From a virus (lineage: Duplodnaviria > Caudoviricetes), in the IMG/VR virus record IMGVR_UViG_3300021964_009736, positions 1 to 60,465 of that record: DNA of 60,465 nucleotides; one strand, given 5' to 3'. A program made the position numbers and the translations under genes. The notes under the pieces are model-generated. The model saw only the letters and a program-made list of their open reading frames with translations, was not told the origin of the DNA and did not search any database. Each line of letters begins with the position of its first letter. Positions within the stretch are counted from its first letter, which is position 1. Shown piece by piece: positions 49,141 through 57,846 of this stretch.

Positions 49141-50654
49141 AAATTTGTATAGTAGGCGGCGGAACAGCCGGATGGATTTCACTAAGTTACTTAGCGGCCA
49201 CTACAAAATACGATCTTACTATTTTACATAGTGATGAAATAGATGCTATAGGAGTGGGGGAAAGCACCACTCCTACTATCAAACATCTTGTAGATGTTAT
49301 AGGCATAGATGAAAAAACATGGATGAAGGATTCAAAAGCAACCTTTAAATATGGCATAGAATTTAAAGACTTTGCAAAAAAAGGTTCTAGATGGTTTCAT
49401 TCATTTGATGATCAATTGCCGCATCAAGTATTTCATCAGCCTGTTACACATAACGGCAAACTAGTTTATGACAGACAGCACACCAGTATAGATTATTTTC
49501 TGCAAACATATCCTTATGAAAGCAAACTTTTTAATGATACACACGGTCCTTTAGAATACTTATTAGAAAAAGAACTTAGTCCATTTAATGAGGCAGGAAC
49601 ACCAAACAATGGAAATTTTCCGGGATATAGTTATCATCTTAATGCTCAGTTGTTTGGAGATTGCTTAAAGAAGCATACTCCTGTTGATAGATACACGGAA
49701 ATTAATGCTACAGTAACAGACGTAGTAGTTAAAGACAATCTAGTTCAAAGTATTAAATTAGATAACGGGAATGCCATAGAAGCTGATATATTCATTGATT
49801 GTACAGGATTTCGCAGATTATTAATTAGTAAATTTAGTAAATTTCAAAAATACACTGATCTGAAAAACAACGCCGCAATTTTCGGTGTTATTCCTGGTTA
49901 TCAAATTAATAGACCATCTACAATAGCACATGCACAAGACTATGGATGGATATGGACTACACCTACAGTAGGGCAAGTAGGGACCGGGTATGTATATAGC
50001 GATGATTATATTTCAGAACAATATGCATTAGATACACTTAACAAATACTGGGAAGACCGCGGACAAAAATTCCAATTAGCAAAATCAGTAAAGTTTACAG
50101 CTGGTAGACAGGAAAAATTAAGTTTTGGAAATGTAATTTCAAATGGACTAGCACAAAGTTTTATTGAACCATTAGAAGCTACAAGTTTAATGGTCACATG
50201 TGTTACAGTAAAGAGCCTAGTAACATTGCTTAATAAACCAAGAAAAACTACAATTGAGTCTATTACAAAGGTTCATTCTAAGCACATGGAAAAATTTATA
50301 GACCACACAAAGTATTTTGTGTATATGCATTATGCTTTAAGCTCTCGTAATGATACAGATTATTGGAAAGATGTAGGTAACAAGGAAAATGCAGATAAAC
50401 AAGCCACAGACTATATTGTTAATAGAGTTAATACCAGTCAATGGTTACATAGTGGAGAAACACTTTTAAACCAATTTAATTGGGTAAGTATGCTCATTGG
50501 CTACGATAAGTCATACGGCAAATTGTTGCCTAAATTTAATAGTAGTGAGATAGAGAACTATAAATGGTATACAGAAAATCTTATGGCTAACTACAAATTT
50601 ATTACCAGAAACAATATTCCTGTAAAGGACTTGTTAATTGATATTAATGGTTAG
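49137..50654 (+). CDS. Flavin-dependent halogenase, tryptophan halogenase (PrnA-like) family
   Basis: IVGGGTAGW, GVGEST, ATFKYGI (Lys equivalent to the PrnA catalytic Lys), FIDCTGF, GWIWTTP (WxWxIP variant), FIEPLEAT. Confidence 0.9.
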   Translation: MKICIVGGGTAGWISLSYLAATTKYDLTILHSDEIDAIGVGESTTPTIKHLVDVIGIDEKTWMKDSKATFKYGIEFKDFAKKGSRWFHSFDDQLPHQVFHQPVTHNGKLVYDRQHTSIDYFLQTYPYESKLFNDTHGPLEYLLEKELSPFNEAGTPNNGNFPGYSYHLNAQLFGDCLKKHTPVDRYTEINATVTDVVVKDNLVQSIKLDNGNAIEADIFIDCTGFRRLLISKFSKFQKYTDLKNNAAIFGVIPGYQINRPSTIAHAQDYGWIWTTPTVGQVGTGYVYSDDYISEQYALDTLNKYWEDRGQKFQLAKSVKFTAGRQEKLSFGNVISNGLAQSFIEPLEATSLMVTCVTVKSLVTLLNKPRKTTIESITKVHSKHMEKFIDHTKYFVYMHYALSSRNDTDYWKDVGNKENADKQATDYIVNRVNTSQWLHSGETLLNQFNWVSMLIGYDKSYGKLLPKFNSSEIENYKWYTENLMANYKFITRNNIPVKDLLIDING

Positions 50655-51231
50655 CTCTAGCTCTATAGTATTCTTCTTCGTTTAATTTCCAAATATTTTG
50701 TTTAGTATTGAAAAGTTCAACTTCGCTATAAGCCTTAGAAAAAATCTTATTTTTAAGTAAAGTTCTATGTACAGCTAAATCCATTCTGTTACTTTTTCCT
50801 CTAGTTTCTTTATTAGTTGCACAGTTCGTGCTTAAATAGAATTCGGGTTTTTCAAACTGTTCTTTGATAAATTGCATTTGCATATGTAGTAAATAGTATG
50901 TTTGAAAACTATTAAACAGTGTACTGTCTAAACTGCCCTTCCTAGAATACTTGGGCAATGTAGCACCTCTAAATAAACATCGCCATGCATTAGGATTTAT
51001 TTGATCTAATTTATGTACTCCTGCCATGGAAAAAATTATTTCTTTTTCTGTATCTATACCTATAAAGAATTGTCCGTAAGGCATCTTCATTTTGTCGTAT
51101 TTTATGGTTTCTAAACTTACATTATTATGGTAATTTAAATCTTTACATTTATTACAAAATGATATTAATAAATCTAAATCAGATTCATTATATTGCCTAA
51201 ACAGCAGTTTTCCAAGTTTTACCATTTGCAT
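50644..51231 (-). CDS. Putative GNAT-fold acyltransferase
   Basis: FRQYNESDL start, FFIGID...IFSMAGVH...WRCLFRGATLPKY pattern resembling GNAT beta2-beta4; overlaps the adenylation gene. Confidence 0.5.
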   Translation of the reverse strand: MQMVKLGKLLFRQYNESDLDLLISFCNKCKDLNYHNNVSLETIKYDKMKMPYGQFFIGIDTEKEIIFSMAGVHKLDQINPNAWRCLFRGATLPKYSRKGSLDSTLFNSFQTYYLLHMQMQFIKEQFEKPEFYLSTNCATNKETRGKSNRMDLAVHRTLLKNKIFSKAYSEVELFNTKQNIWKLNEEEYYRARANH

Positions 51232-51868
51232 CTTTTATCCTACTGTGAAAGGTCTTTGATTCCATGTTAAATAAATCTCCTGTTGCAACACCATTTATAT
51301 AACACATACTGATTTTTGATTCTATTCCTGAAACAGGCATAAACATAACATGAAATCTCTTAGTGTCTATAGTCTCTAGATCAAAAGAAATAGAATTATA
51401 ACCTACAAAAACCGGCGGCGGAAATTCAGTCATTCCATACCAATTGCCTATTTTTTGTACTCCTTTTGACAAAAATGCATCTATAAATTCTTGTGTAATT
51501 TGCGAACTACCAGTAACCATATATTTGACACTGCTCATATCTAACTCTTTGAACACTTTAGATGCAGATAATAATTCAAAATGTTTAGGTATTAAAGAAA
51601 TATAAGTTGGTTTTATTTGATTAAATAACTCGCAATATGAATATGGTGAAAAATTGGCACAAGTTAAACTAGCACCAGCTAATCTTGCAGGGTACGCTGT
51701 AACTGTATAGTGGGCAACGGTATTCCCAGGAAATACATCTAGTACCCTGTCCTCAGAAGTCAAACCGATTTCTTTTATACTTGCTTTTGCACAGTCATTG
51801 ATATAATCCCAAGAATGTGTGACTAATTTTGGTTGATCAGTACTGCCACTAGTGAATAATGTTAGCAT
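51197..51868 (-). CDS. Truncated AMP-binding (ANL adenylate-forming) enzyme, 223 aa
   Basis: LFTSGSTDQPK (A3 P-loop), WYGMTE (A5), TGDL (A7); lacks the usual N-terminal part and the C-terminal subdomain. Confidence 0.75.
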   Translation of the reverse strand: MLTLFTSGSTDQPKLVTHSWDYINDCAKASIKEIGLTSEDRVLDVFPGNTVAHYTVTAYPARLAGASLTCANFSPYSYCELFNQIKPTYISLIPKHFELLSASKVFKELDMSSVKYMVTGSSQITQEFIDAFLSKGVQKIGNWYGMTEFPPPVFVGYNSISFDLETIDTKRFHVMFMPVSGIESKISMCYINGVATGDLFNMESKTFHSRIKDANGKTWKTAV

Positions 51869-51914
51869 ATAATAATTTATTTAGATTTTATGTATTAGTT
51901 TGCAGATATGGATT

Positions 51915-53360
51915 TTAGTAGAAAGCATTCCACGCATTACTATCATAATACACTGGATAACTTACTGCACCTGCTTTACCTGCAGGATCCCAATTCACTC
52001 CATCGGCTATAGCAATCATGCCTTCTACCAGTGTTGCTGGAGCCGAAGATTGCGGAGCAAGCCTTGCTATACCGTTTACATCTAATGTAGTGTCTGTACT
52101 TGGTGCTTGTGTATTAATACCTAATCTTCCAAAAGAATCAAAAACCATATATTTTAGATCCAATGCAGAGTTTGTTCCAGCATTAGTAACAACTTCAAAC
52201 ATACCCGATGCTTGATCAACTCCTGGAGTTCTGCTTGGATCTACCCGCATACCAAAGAGTCCAGAAACTACATAATCTGCTGTATTAGGGTCATATGCTT
52301 GGTAAGATATAGCTCCGAGATATTCTCCTCCGGTAGTAATTACTGGAGAGCTTGCACCGCCCTTAATTCCTTTGAATGTCAATTTAGGTTGTAGAGGCAT
52401 AGTGCCAGTATCGTGAATGATTTCAATTGGTGATGAACCTGATCCGCCAGTACTATCAAACTGAACTGTGGTAGGTCCTCCTGAAGCTCCTTCAATTCTA
52501 ATTATATTAACACCAGTATCAACAGGAGAAATAGCATCCTCTACTATTTTAAGCCCGCCGTTAGTAAGTGTTCCGTTCATTGTATCAACAAAAACTGTAG
52601 AATCTTCACCTACTACACTACCTATTAGGTCTCCTGTAATCGTACCTGTTAAGATTGTGTCAACATCTAATGTAGTAGCAGTAATTGTATTAGTAATATC
52701 TGCAGAAACAGCAGTAATACTTCCTCCACCATTTGGATCGATAATAACGGAACTATCGTCTGCTACAACAATACTATTAATAGATGTTGCTTCAATATGT
52801 CCGTCTGCTACTATACCGTTTACGTATAAATTTGCCCAACGCTTTGTGTTATTTCCTAATTCATATGCACTGTCGGTATCAGGAACTAATGAGCTTTGGA
52901 ATTCTGCACCTACACTAATTGAATCAGTGCCGGAGTCGCCTAAGACAATGTTACCATTTGCAGTTATAGATCCGCTTGCTACAATTGATCCTGTAATATC
53001 AATGTCGCCAGTTCCGGTAATGTCATAACTGTTCAGGTCTAAATTACCGCCTAACTGTGGTGTAAGATCATTAACAACATCTATTTCTAGTACATTAGGA
53101 TCTACTGCATTCCAATCGCCTGATGCGCTATCATAAGCAAGAATACTTCCATCGGATGCAGGTCCTGTACTATCTGTAACAACATTTGCAAGTTCTTCTA
53201 GGAACACTTCTCCTAGAGTAGTATCTACAGGTACACCACCTGCTGTAACGCCGTCTCCGACGTATAGTTTTTTCGTATCTGTAACATAAATCAGTTCACC
53301 GGACTCTGGTGTAAAGCTGGTTCTGTCAGCATCAAGTCCTCTTCTTAAGCGTAAGGCCAT
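51915..53360 (-). CDS. Tail fibre/spike-like virion protein with Mtd-N-like N-terminus (481 aa)
   Basis: MALRLRRG...GELIYVTDTKKLYVGDGVTAGG N-terminal module; DLTPQLGGNLDLN, LGNNTKRWANLY and GRLGINTQAP fibre motifs; GGAGA RBS. Confidence 0.75.
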   Translation of the reverse strand: MALRLRRGLDADRTSFTPESGELIYVTDTKKLYVGDGVTAGGVPVDTTLGEVFLEELANVVTDSTGPASDGSILAYDSASGDWNAVDPNVLEIDVVNDLTPQLGGNLDLNSYDITGTGDIDITGSIVASGSITANGNIVLGDSGTDSISVGAEFQSSLVPDTDSAYELGNNTKRWANLYVNGIVADGHIEATSINSIVVADDSSVIIDPNGGGSITAVSADITNTITATTLDVDTILTGTITGDLIGSVVGEDSTVFVDTMNGTLTNGGLKIVEDAISPVDTGVNIIRIEGASGGPTTVQFDSTGGSGSSPIEIIHDTGTMPLQPKLTFKGIKGGASSPVITTGGEYLGAISYQAYDPNTADYVVSGLFGMRVDPSRTPGVDQASGMFEVVTNAGTNSALDLKYMVFDSFGRLGINTQAPSTDTTLDVNGIARLAPQSSAPATLVEGMIAIADGVNWDPAGKAGAVSYPVYYDSNAWNAFY

Positions 53361-53389
53361 CTAAATGTCTCCTGAACAATTATTATATG

Positions 53390-53396
53390 TATTTAT
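53390..53396 (-). promoter_or_regulatory. Putative late promoter core (ATAAATA)
   Basis: Reverse-strand ATAAATA about 30 nt upstream of the fibre-like gene; similar motifs at 51878-51883, 54634-54639 and 58179-58186 (all minus strand). Confidence 0.45.
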
Positions 53397-53422
53397 GTCA
53401 TTTAGAGAATTACGTATTATCA

Positions 53423-53749
53423 TTATTTTCTTTTTTTCATGAAATACTTGGTTCGTTTTTCAATATCTTCTTTGACTCTAGCAGTATCCAAACGGAAATC
53501 TACATTATCTATTTCGTCCTCATATTCTGTAAACAATGATTGTAGATGTCCTTCTATTTCTTTTTCACCAGTATGCGGATGCTTTAACATGCTTTTTTGA
53601 ACATCTATAACCCATGTTTTTTCATTTTTGAAATGTATGTGGATAGAATGTAGGTAGTTTAGCGGTACTACATTGATATCAATATCTTTAAATATTTCCG
53701 GCCAAACTTCTGTGATATTTTGCTTAAACTTCTTACTGCCCTTAGGCAC
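53423..53749 (-). CDS. Hypothetical protein
   Basis: ORF; likely GTG start at 53749 overlapping the upstream stop. Confidence 0.6.
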   Translation of the reverse strand: MPKGSKKFKQNITEVWPEIFKDIDINVVPLNYLHSIHIHFKNEKTWVIDVQKSMLKHPHTGEKEIEGHLQSLFTEYEDEIDNVDFRLDTARVKEDIEKRTKYFMKKRK

Positions 53750-54350
53750 TACTTGTAGCCTTCTTCTTTTTAGTAGGAACAAGTTCTTCAGCCATTTCAC
53801 GTAATTTTTTTGCTTCTTTAAACATAGCGTCAGCTTGAGATCTATAAGAAGATGCTAATTGTTCGTCGTCTAGCACCTGTTCACTTGTTGCTACAGGTTC
53901 GTCGCTAGGTAAAGTTGACATTGGCTGTTCTTGAGTTTCAGTTTTTTCGGTCATAGATGTAGCATTTGCAAGCGACAACTCTTCAATAGTAATGCCTCTC
54001 GCATCTGCAATAGCTTGATTTACATCTGAAAGTAGAACTGCTGTTTTATTATTAGGCGTCATTTCAACAACATTTGTTGGTACCTTTGTTAGTTTGCCTG
54101 TTGTATGAAAAGCTGCAAGCATGATTCTGCCATCTGGGATACGTGTTCTAGCCATTGCATCAGCTAGTTCTACAGATTCTTGTCCTGATGCAGATTCTAC
54201 AAGTTTCATTAAACTATCATGCATATCTGCATCTAGGCTCTCTGTGTGTACCACTAAAGCATTGTTCGGATCATTCGGGATGGTTTTGTAAGCAACAATT
54301 AATTTACGGTTATTAGTAGTTAATCTACCTACGTGTTTAAAGTCAGGCAT
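53742..54350 (-). CDS. Hypothetical protein (202 aa)
   Basis: AGGAG RBS; long ORF in operon. Confidence 0.7.
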   Translation of the reverse strand: MPDFKHVGRLTTNNRKLIVAYKTIPNDPNNALVVHTESLDADMHDSLMKLVESASGQESVELADAMARTRIPDGRIMLAAFHTTGKLTKVPTNVVEMTPNNKTAVLLSDVNQAIADARGITIEELSLANATSMTEKTETQEQPMSTLPSDEPVATSEQVLDDEQLASSYRSQADAMFKEAKKLREMAEELVPTKKKKATSSA

Positions 54351-54351
54351 T

Positions 54352-54597
54352 TTACTCTCCTTGAGCTTCTTCTGTTACTGGCTGAGCAGTTTGTTCAGAA
54401 CCATTTTGCTGTTCTGCTTGTTGTGCTACTGCTGCCAAAAATGTTTCTAATTTTGTATATACGTTTCCAACTACAGTCATTTCATTTGGCTTAAATGCAC
54501 CGCGGCTGCTTGCAACATCAATAATAGATTTAATTGAACTTAAATCGTTAACTGTTAATTCTACAGGTTGATTTGCTTGCTGTTGTGTTTCACTCAT
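54352..54597 (-). CDS. Hypothetical protein (81 aa)
   Basis: AGGAG RBS; LTVNDL...IIDVASSRGAF...E...VG motif. Confidence 0.7.
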   Translation of the reverse strand: MSETQQQANQPVELTVNDLSSIKSIIDVASSRGAFKPNEMTVVGNVYTKLETFLAAVAQQAEQQNGSEQTAQPVTEEAQGE

Positions 54598-54636
54598 AAT
54601 AGTATTCTCCTTATAATGTATATATGCGCACTTTAT

Positions 54637-54903
54637 TTAACGATATTTCAAAAGTGGACAAGCCAATATGAAATAACTTAATTCTTTCTTGTTTTCGAAC
54701 CCTATCTTAAGTGATTGACCTTGTTTGTCTCTTACAGTGCCAATGTAGTATCTACCTTTACTGTTATCTTTGATCCAATTCTGTAAACTTTGTTCAAGGT
54801 TATAGGTTTTTGGAATAACAGTATATTCAAAATGTTTAAGAGGATAATCAGTTTTCCGCACCTTAAATAGTTCTAAAGCATTAGGAGACTTAATATTAAA
54901 CAC
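54637..54903 (-). CDS. Hypothetical protein (88 aa)
   Basis: GTG start coupled to the VWA gene stop; fills the gap. Confidence 0.6.
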   Translation of the reverse strand: MFNIKSPNALELFKVRKTDYPLKHFEYTVIPKTYNLEQSLQNWIKDNSKGRYYIGTVRDKQGQSLKIGFENKKELSYFILACPLLKYR

Positions 54904-56174
54904 TATGCAGCCTCGTAATGTGCTGTAATTCCAAAAGGTGCTTGTAGTTTTTTGTCGTAGTTGCTATGTATAACAAATACAGTGTCACAATAATCATCTT
55001 CACCCCAAGTGCCCCATGGATACCCATCTGTAAACATTATAAACTTCTTAGGAACAATATCATTTTCTTTCATATAATTCCAGTTACATTGAAATTCTGT
55101 TCCGCCGCCGCCCATGATTTCATAGTTTAACAAATCATCTCCGTTGTCAGCACTATAATCTTGTTCATTATATACTTTAGTATCAAAGCACCAAATTTTA
55201 ATATTGTAATCTTTATACTGTTCCATTATGCCTTTAATTTCACTAACAAAGTCTTTAGCCTGAGTATCACCAATTGATCCACTCATGTCAAGCGCGACAC
55301 AGATGTCAATAGTCTCTTCAAAATTCATACCCGGCAAGATAGCACCAGTATGCCAAGCCTTGCGTGACGGACGGCTAAATGTATAATCGTTCCGGATAGT
55401 TGACTGTATTTGTTGCTGAAGGAGTTCTCTCCAGTTCATTTTAGGTTCTGTCAGTTCTTTAATAAGTCTAGCAACTTCACCTGGAACATTACCTGCACCT
55501 GCTGCCTGAGCAGACGAAATCATACTCTCTTTTATTTCATCTCTAATTTTACGTAGTTCATCTTTTGAATAAGACGGACGTTTAGCATTACCATTGTCTG
55601 CATTACCATTATCAGAATCACCACCGTCTCCTTCCCAATCAACGTGATCATCTAATAATTCGCCTAATTCTTTTAGAAATTCATCACCGTTTTTCTTTGC
55701 CTGATCAAACAGGTCATCATATACTTCTTCTGATGACCAACCTTCATATTTAAAGTCTTGATAGATAGGAATTTGATCTACTTTTTCACCAATCTTATCT
55801 CTAATTAGAGTGTTATTTACAATGTAGTCACAGGCAATATTGTAAAGGATTGCATCTCTATCTTCTTTTCGTTCTAAATGATCAAAAACACAATGAAGAA
55901 TTTCATGTGCAATTACAAATTCAATTTGCTTTTCTGTCAATGCATTAAAGAATTGTGTGTTATAATAAAGGTTACGACCGTCTGTGGCCGCTGTAGGACA
56001 CCAATCATCGCAGTTTTGTACACCTAACCGTGTCGCCATGTTACCAAAAAAGGGAGCTCGGAATAGTAATCCTACTCTTGCGACAATAATTTTGTCAGCA
56101 ACTACTTTACGCATTTCTTCTAGTTCAGCCGGAGTAATTTCTTTTGGTACAAAACTTTTAGTATCTAAACTCAT
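54903..56174 (-). CDS. Metallopeptidase-like (HExxH) plus VWA domain protein (DUF2201-type), MoxR partner
   Basis: TAATDG...AHEILH (HExxH); MIDAS DMSGS...GGGGT...FTDG; adjacent to the AAA+ ATPase. Confidence 0.85.
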   Translation of the reverse strand: MSLDTKSFVPKEITPAELEEMRKVVADKIIVARVGLLFRAPFFGNMATRLGVQNCDDWCPTAATDGRNLYYNTQFFNALTEKQIEFVIAHEILHCVFDHLERKEDRDAILYNIACDYIVNNTLIRDKIGEKVDQIPIYQDFKYEGWSSEEVYDDLFDQAKKNGDEFLKELGELLDDHVDWEGDGGDSDNGNADNGNAKRPSYSKDELRKIRDEIKESMISSAQAAGAGNVPGEVARLIKELTEPKMNWRELLQQQIQSTIRNDYTFSRPSRKAWHTGAILPGMNFEETIDICVALDMSGSIGDTQAKDFVSEIKGIMEQYKDYNIKIWCFDTKVYNEQDYSADNGDDLLNYEIMGGGGTEFQCNWNYMKENDIVPKKFIMFTDGYPWGTWGEDDYCDTVFVIHSNYDKKLQAPFGITAHYEAA

Positions 56175-56204
56175 AAGTGCCTCTCATTCCTTAGTTATAC
56201 ATAC

Positions 56205-56233
56205 ATTATACAAATATTTAATGGAAAAGTCAA
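56205..56233 (-). promoter_or_regulatory. Sigma70-type promoter TTGACT-N17-TATAAT
   Basis: Minus strand -35 at 56228-56233 and -10 at 56205-56210, upstream of the VWA gene. Confidence 0.8.
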
Positions 56234-56236
56234 GAG

Positions 56237-56263
56237 AAAAAGGGTGTTTTGGAGAGATCACCC
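56237..56263 (-). terminator. Possible intrinsic terminator after the AAA+ ATPase gene
   Basis: Minus strand GGGTG-N12-CACCC followed by TTTTT, just after the stop; short stem and long loop, so weak. Confidence 0.4.
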
Positions 56264-56277
56264 AACTCTTTTTGGCA

Positions 56278-57363
56278 CTATGCTGCTTGTGCAGATTTGA
56301 TATACTTTCCGAAACGTTCGTGGAATTCATCAAAACATTCTACTTCGTCTGGATCAATGGGCAATGAATACTGTGTAAGAGCAAGTTTAATACCCATTAC
56401 AACAAGTTCAGTTTCAAAGTTATCCATTGCAAATCTAAGGAAATTATTTACTTTGTTATCAAAGTCTTTGTCACCTTTATTGCAAGATTCTTGCAGTTCA
56501 TAACAAAGAGAGACAGTCAAGGAATACTTGGCACTGATTTCTTTAGTCTCTAAATCTTTTACCTTTCCAAGCAAGATATCCGTTGGATTTGGCATTTTTG
56601 ATGCCATTTTACGGTGTGCCATAAACTTTACTGCAAGGCCTTCGCCTACAGAACCACTAACAAGATCTGTTGTAGTTTGTTCATCGTCGTCATCTTCTAG
56701 TAGCTCTGATACAAAAGACCACGAACGGGGTGTAGCAAATGAACGTGATGGACTTTTAGGATCAAAATCATAAAGATCTTGTTTTGCAAAAGTCAAATAC
56801 CCTACAACATCATTATGGATTTTGTTTTCTACTGCCCAGCTAAACCAATCATCAAACGACACAGCAAGTTCTAAGTGTACAAAACGATTTGCTAATGGAG
56901 CAGGCATTCTGTAAGTAACACCTTTGTCAGCGTCACGGTTGCCTGCCGCCACAATAAGAACGTTGTCTGGAAGTGTATATTGCCCTACCTTACGATTAAG
57001 GATTAATTGATAAGCTGCAGCCTGTACTGCTGGTGCTGCAGAATTCATTTCATCTAAGAACAAAATAATATTTTTATATTTTGATGCCATTTCAGCAGTA
57101 GGCAATTCTTGCGGTGGTGCCCACATCATTGCATTATCATTTGCCGCATAATATGGAATACCTTTAATGTCTGTAGGTTCCCAAAGTGATAATCGAATAT
57201 CAATTACATGAGCTTCAATAGAAGCACCAATTTGATGAATAATATCTGATTTGCCAATGCCTGGAGGTCCCCACAAAAAGATCGGACGTTTTTTCTTAAA
57301 TGCACGAACGATGCTTTTCTTTGCTCCGTTTGGACTTACTGTACGAATTGCTAAATTTTCCAT
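56278..57363 (-). CDS. MoxR-type AAA+ ATPase
   Basis: Walker A GPPGIGKS, Walker B LFLDEMN, AAGN sensor, LANRF arginine finger, TPRSW. Confidence 0.9.
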   Translation of the reverse strand: MENLAIRTVSPNGAKKSIVRAFKKKRPIFLWGPPGIGKSDIIHQIGASIEAHVIDIRLSLWEPTDIKGIPYYAANDNAMMWAPPQELPTAEMASKYKNIILFLDEMNSAAPAVQAAAYQLILNRKVGQYTLPDNVLIVAAGNRDADKGVTYRMPAPLANRFVHLELAVSFDDWFSWAVENKIHNDVVGYLTFAKQDLYDFDPKSPSRSFATPRSWSFVSELLEDDDDEQTTTDLVSGSVGEGLAVKFMAHRKMASKMPNPTDILLGKVKDLETKEISAKYSLTVSLCYELQESCNKGDKDFDNKVNNFLRFAMDNFETELVVMGIKLALTQYSLPIDPDEVECFDEFHERFGKYIKSAQAA

Positions 57364-57411
57364 GTTGTATCCTCTTGTTTGAAGTCAGTGCCAATTTCTA
57401 ACTATATATAT

Positions 57412-57439
57412 AGTATAGCACCTTAGTAGAAAAAGTCAA
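57412..57439 (-). promoter_or_regulatory. Sigma70-type promoter TTGACT-N16-TATACT with extended -10 TG
   Basis: Minus strand -35 at 57434-57439 and TGC-TATACT with -10 at 57412-57417, upstream of the ATPase. Confidence 0.65.
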
Positions 57440-57457
57440 GAAGATTTTTGCCGAAAG

Positions 57458-57844
57458 TTAATTTTTTTCTTGCCGCTTTAATGCTTTCATTATTCCGTAT
57501 TTTTTAACATCGCCTGAAAAAAGATGTAGTTCTAATGCTTTCTTTTCATTTGTCACTATCAATCCTTTTTTCCATAAGTAATACGGACAATCGATGAAAT
57601 TGTCTAACCAAATCAAAACATTAGTTGTCATTTCAAAGTCCCTAGGGAAAGGAACTTCATACGTTTGAAGATCTAATGTTTCTGTAACAAACTCATAACC
57701 AGCATCAGTTAATCTTAAACCACCTGTGTCTTTTGATCTAGTATTTTGCCACCATACAGGCATATACTCGGTCATAGTAGCTTCTGTGACTGCTTTTCCT
57801 GATTGTTTAAGAAAAATTTTAGTATAAGTTTCTTTCCAGTTCAT
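57458..57844 (-). CDS. Hypothetical protein (128 aa)
   Basis: ORF in operon; GGLRLTDAG and CPYY motifs. Confidence 0.7.
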   Translation of the reverse strand: MNWKETYTKIFLKQSGKAVTEATMTEYMPVWWQNTRSKDTGGLRLTDAGYEFVTETLDLQTYEVPFPRDFEMTTNVLIWLDNFIDCPYYLWKKGLIVTNEKKALELHLFSGDVKKYGIMKALKRQEKN

Positions 57845-57846
57845 AA

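Noticed and set aside
21062-51868. Classical RiPP cluster with a short precursor peptide
   Set aside because: Intergenic gaps are too small, and I saw no leader/core-type small ORF, PqqD/RRE protein, peptidase or exporter; a protein substrate elsewhere remains possible.
21062-51868. Bacterial host DNA (O-antigen/capsule locus) or a chimeric contig
   Set aside because: No flippase, polymerase, transporter or membrane proteins; gene packing and TAAATA motifs match the flanking phage genes, and no att or integrase boundary is visible.
51915-53360. Diversity-generating retroelement suggested by the Mtd-like N-terminus
   Set aside because: No reverse transcriptase and no template/variable repeat pair seen in the window; the N-terminal module is a generic fibre anchor.
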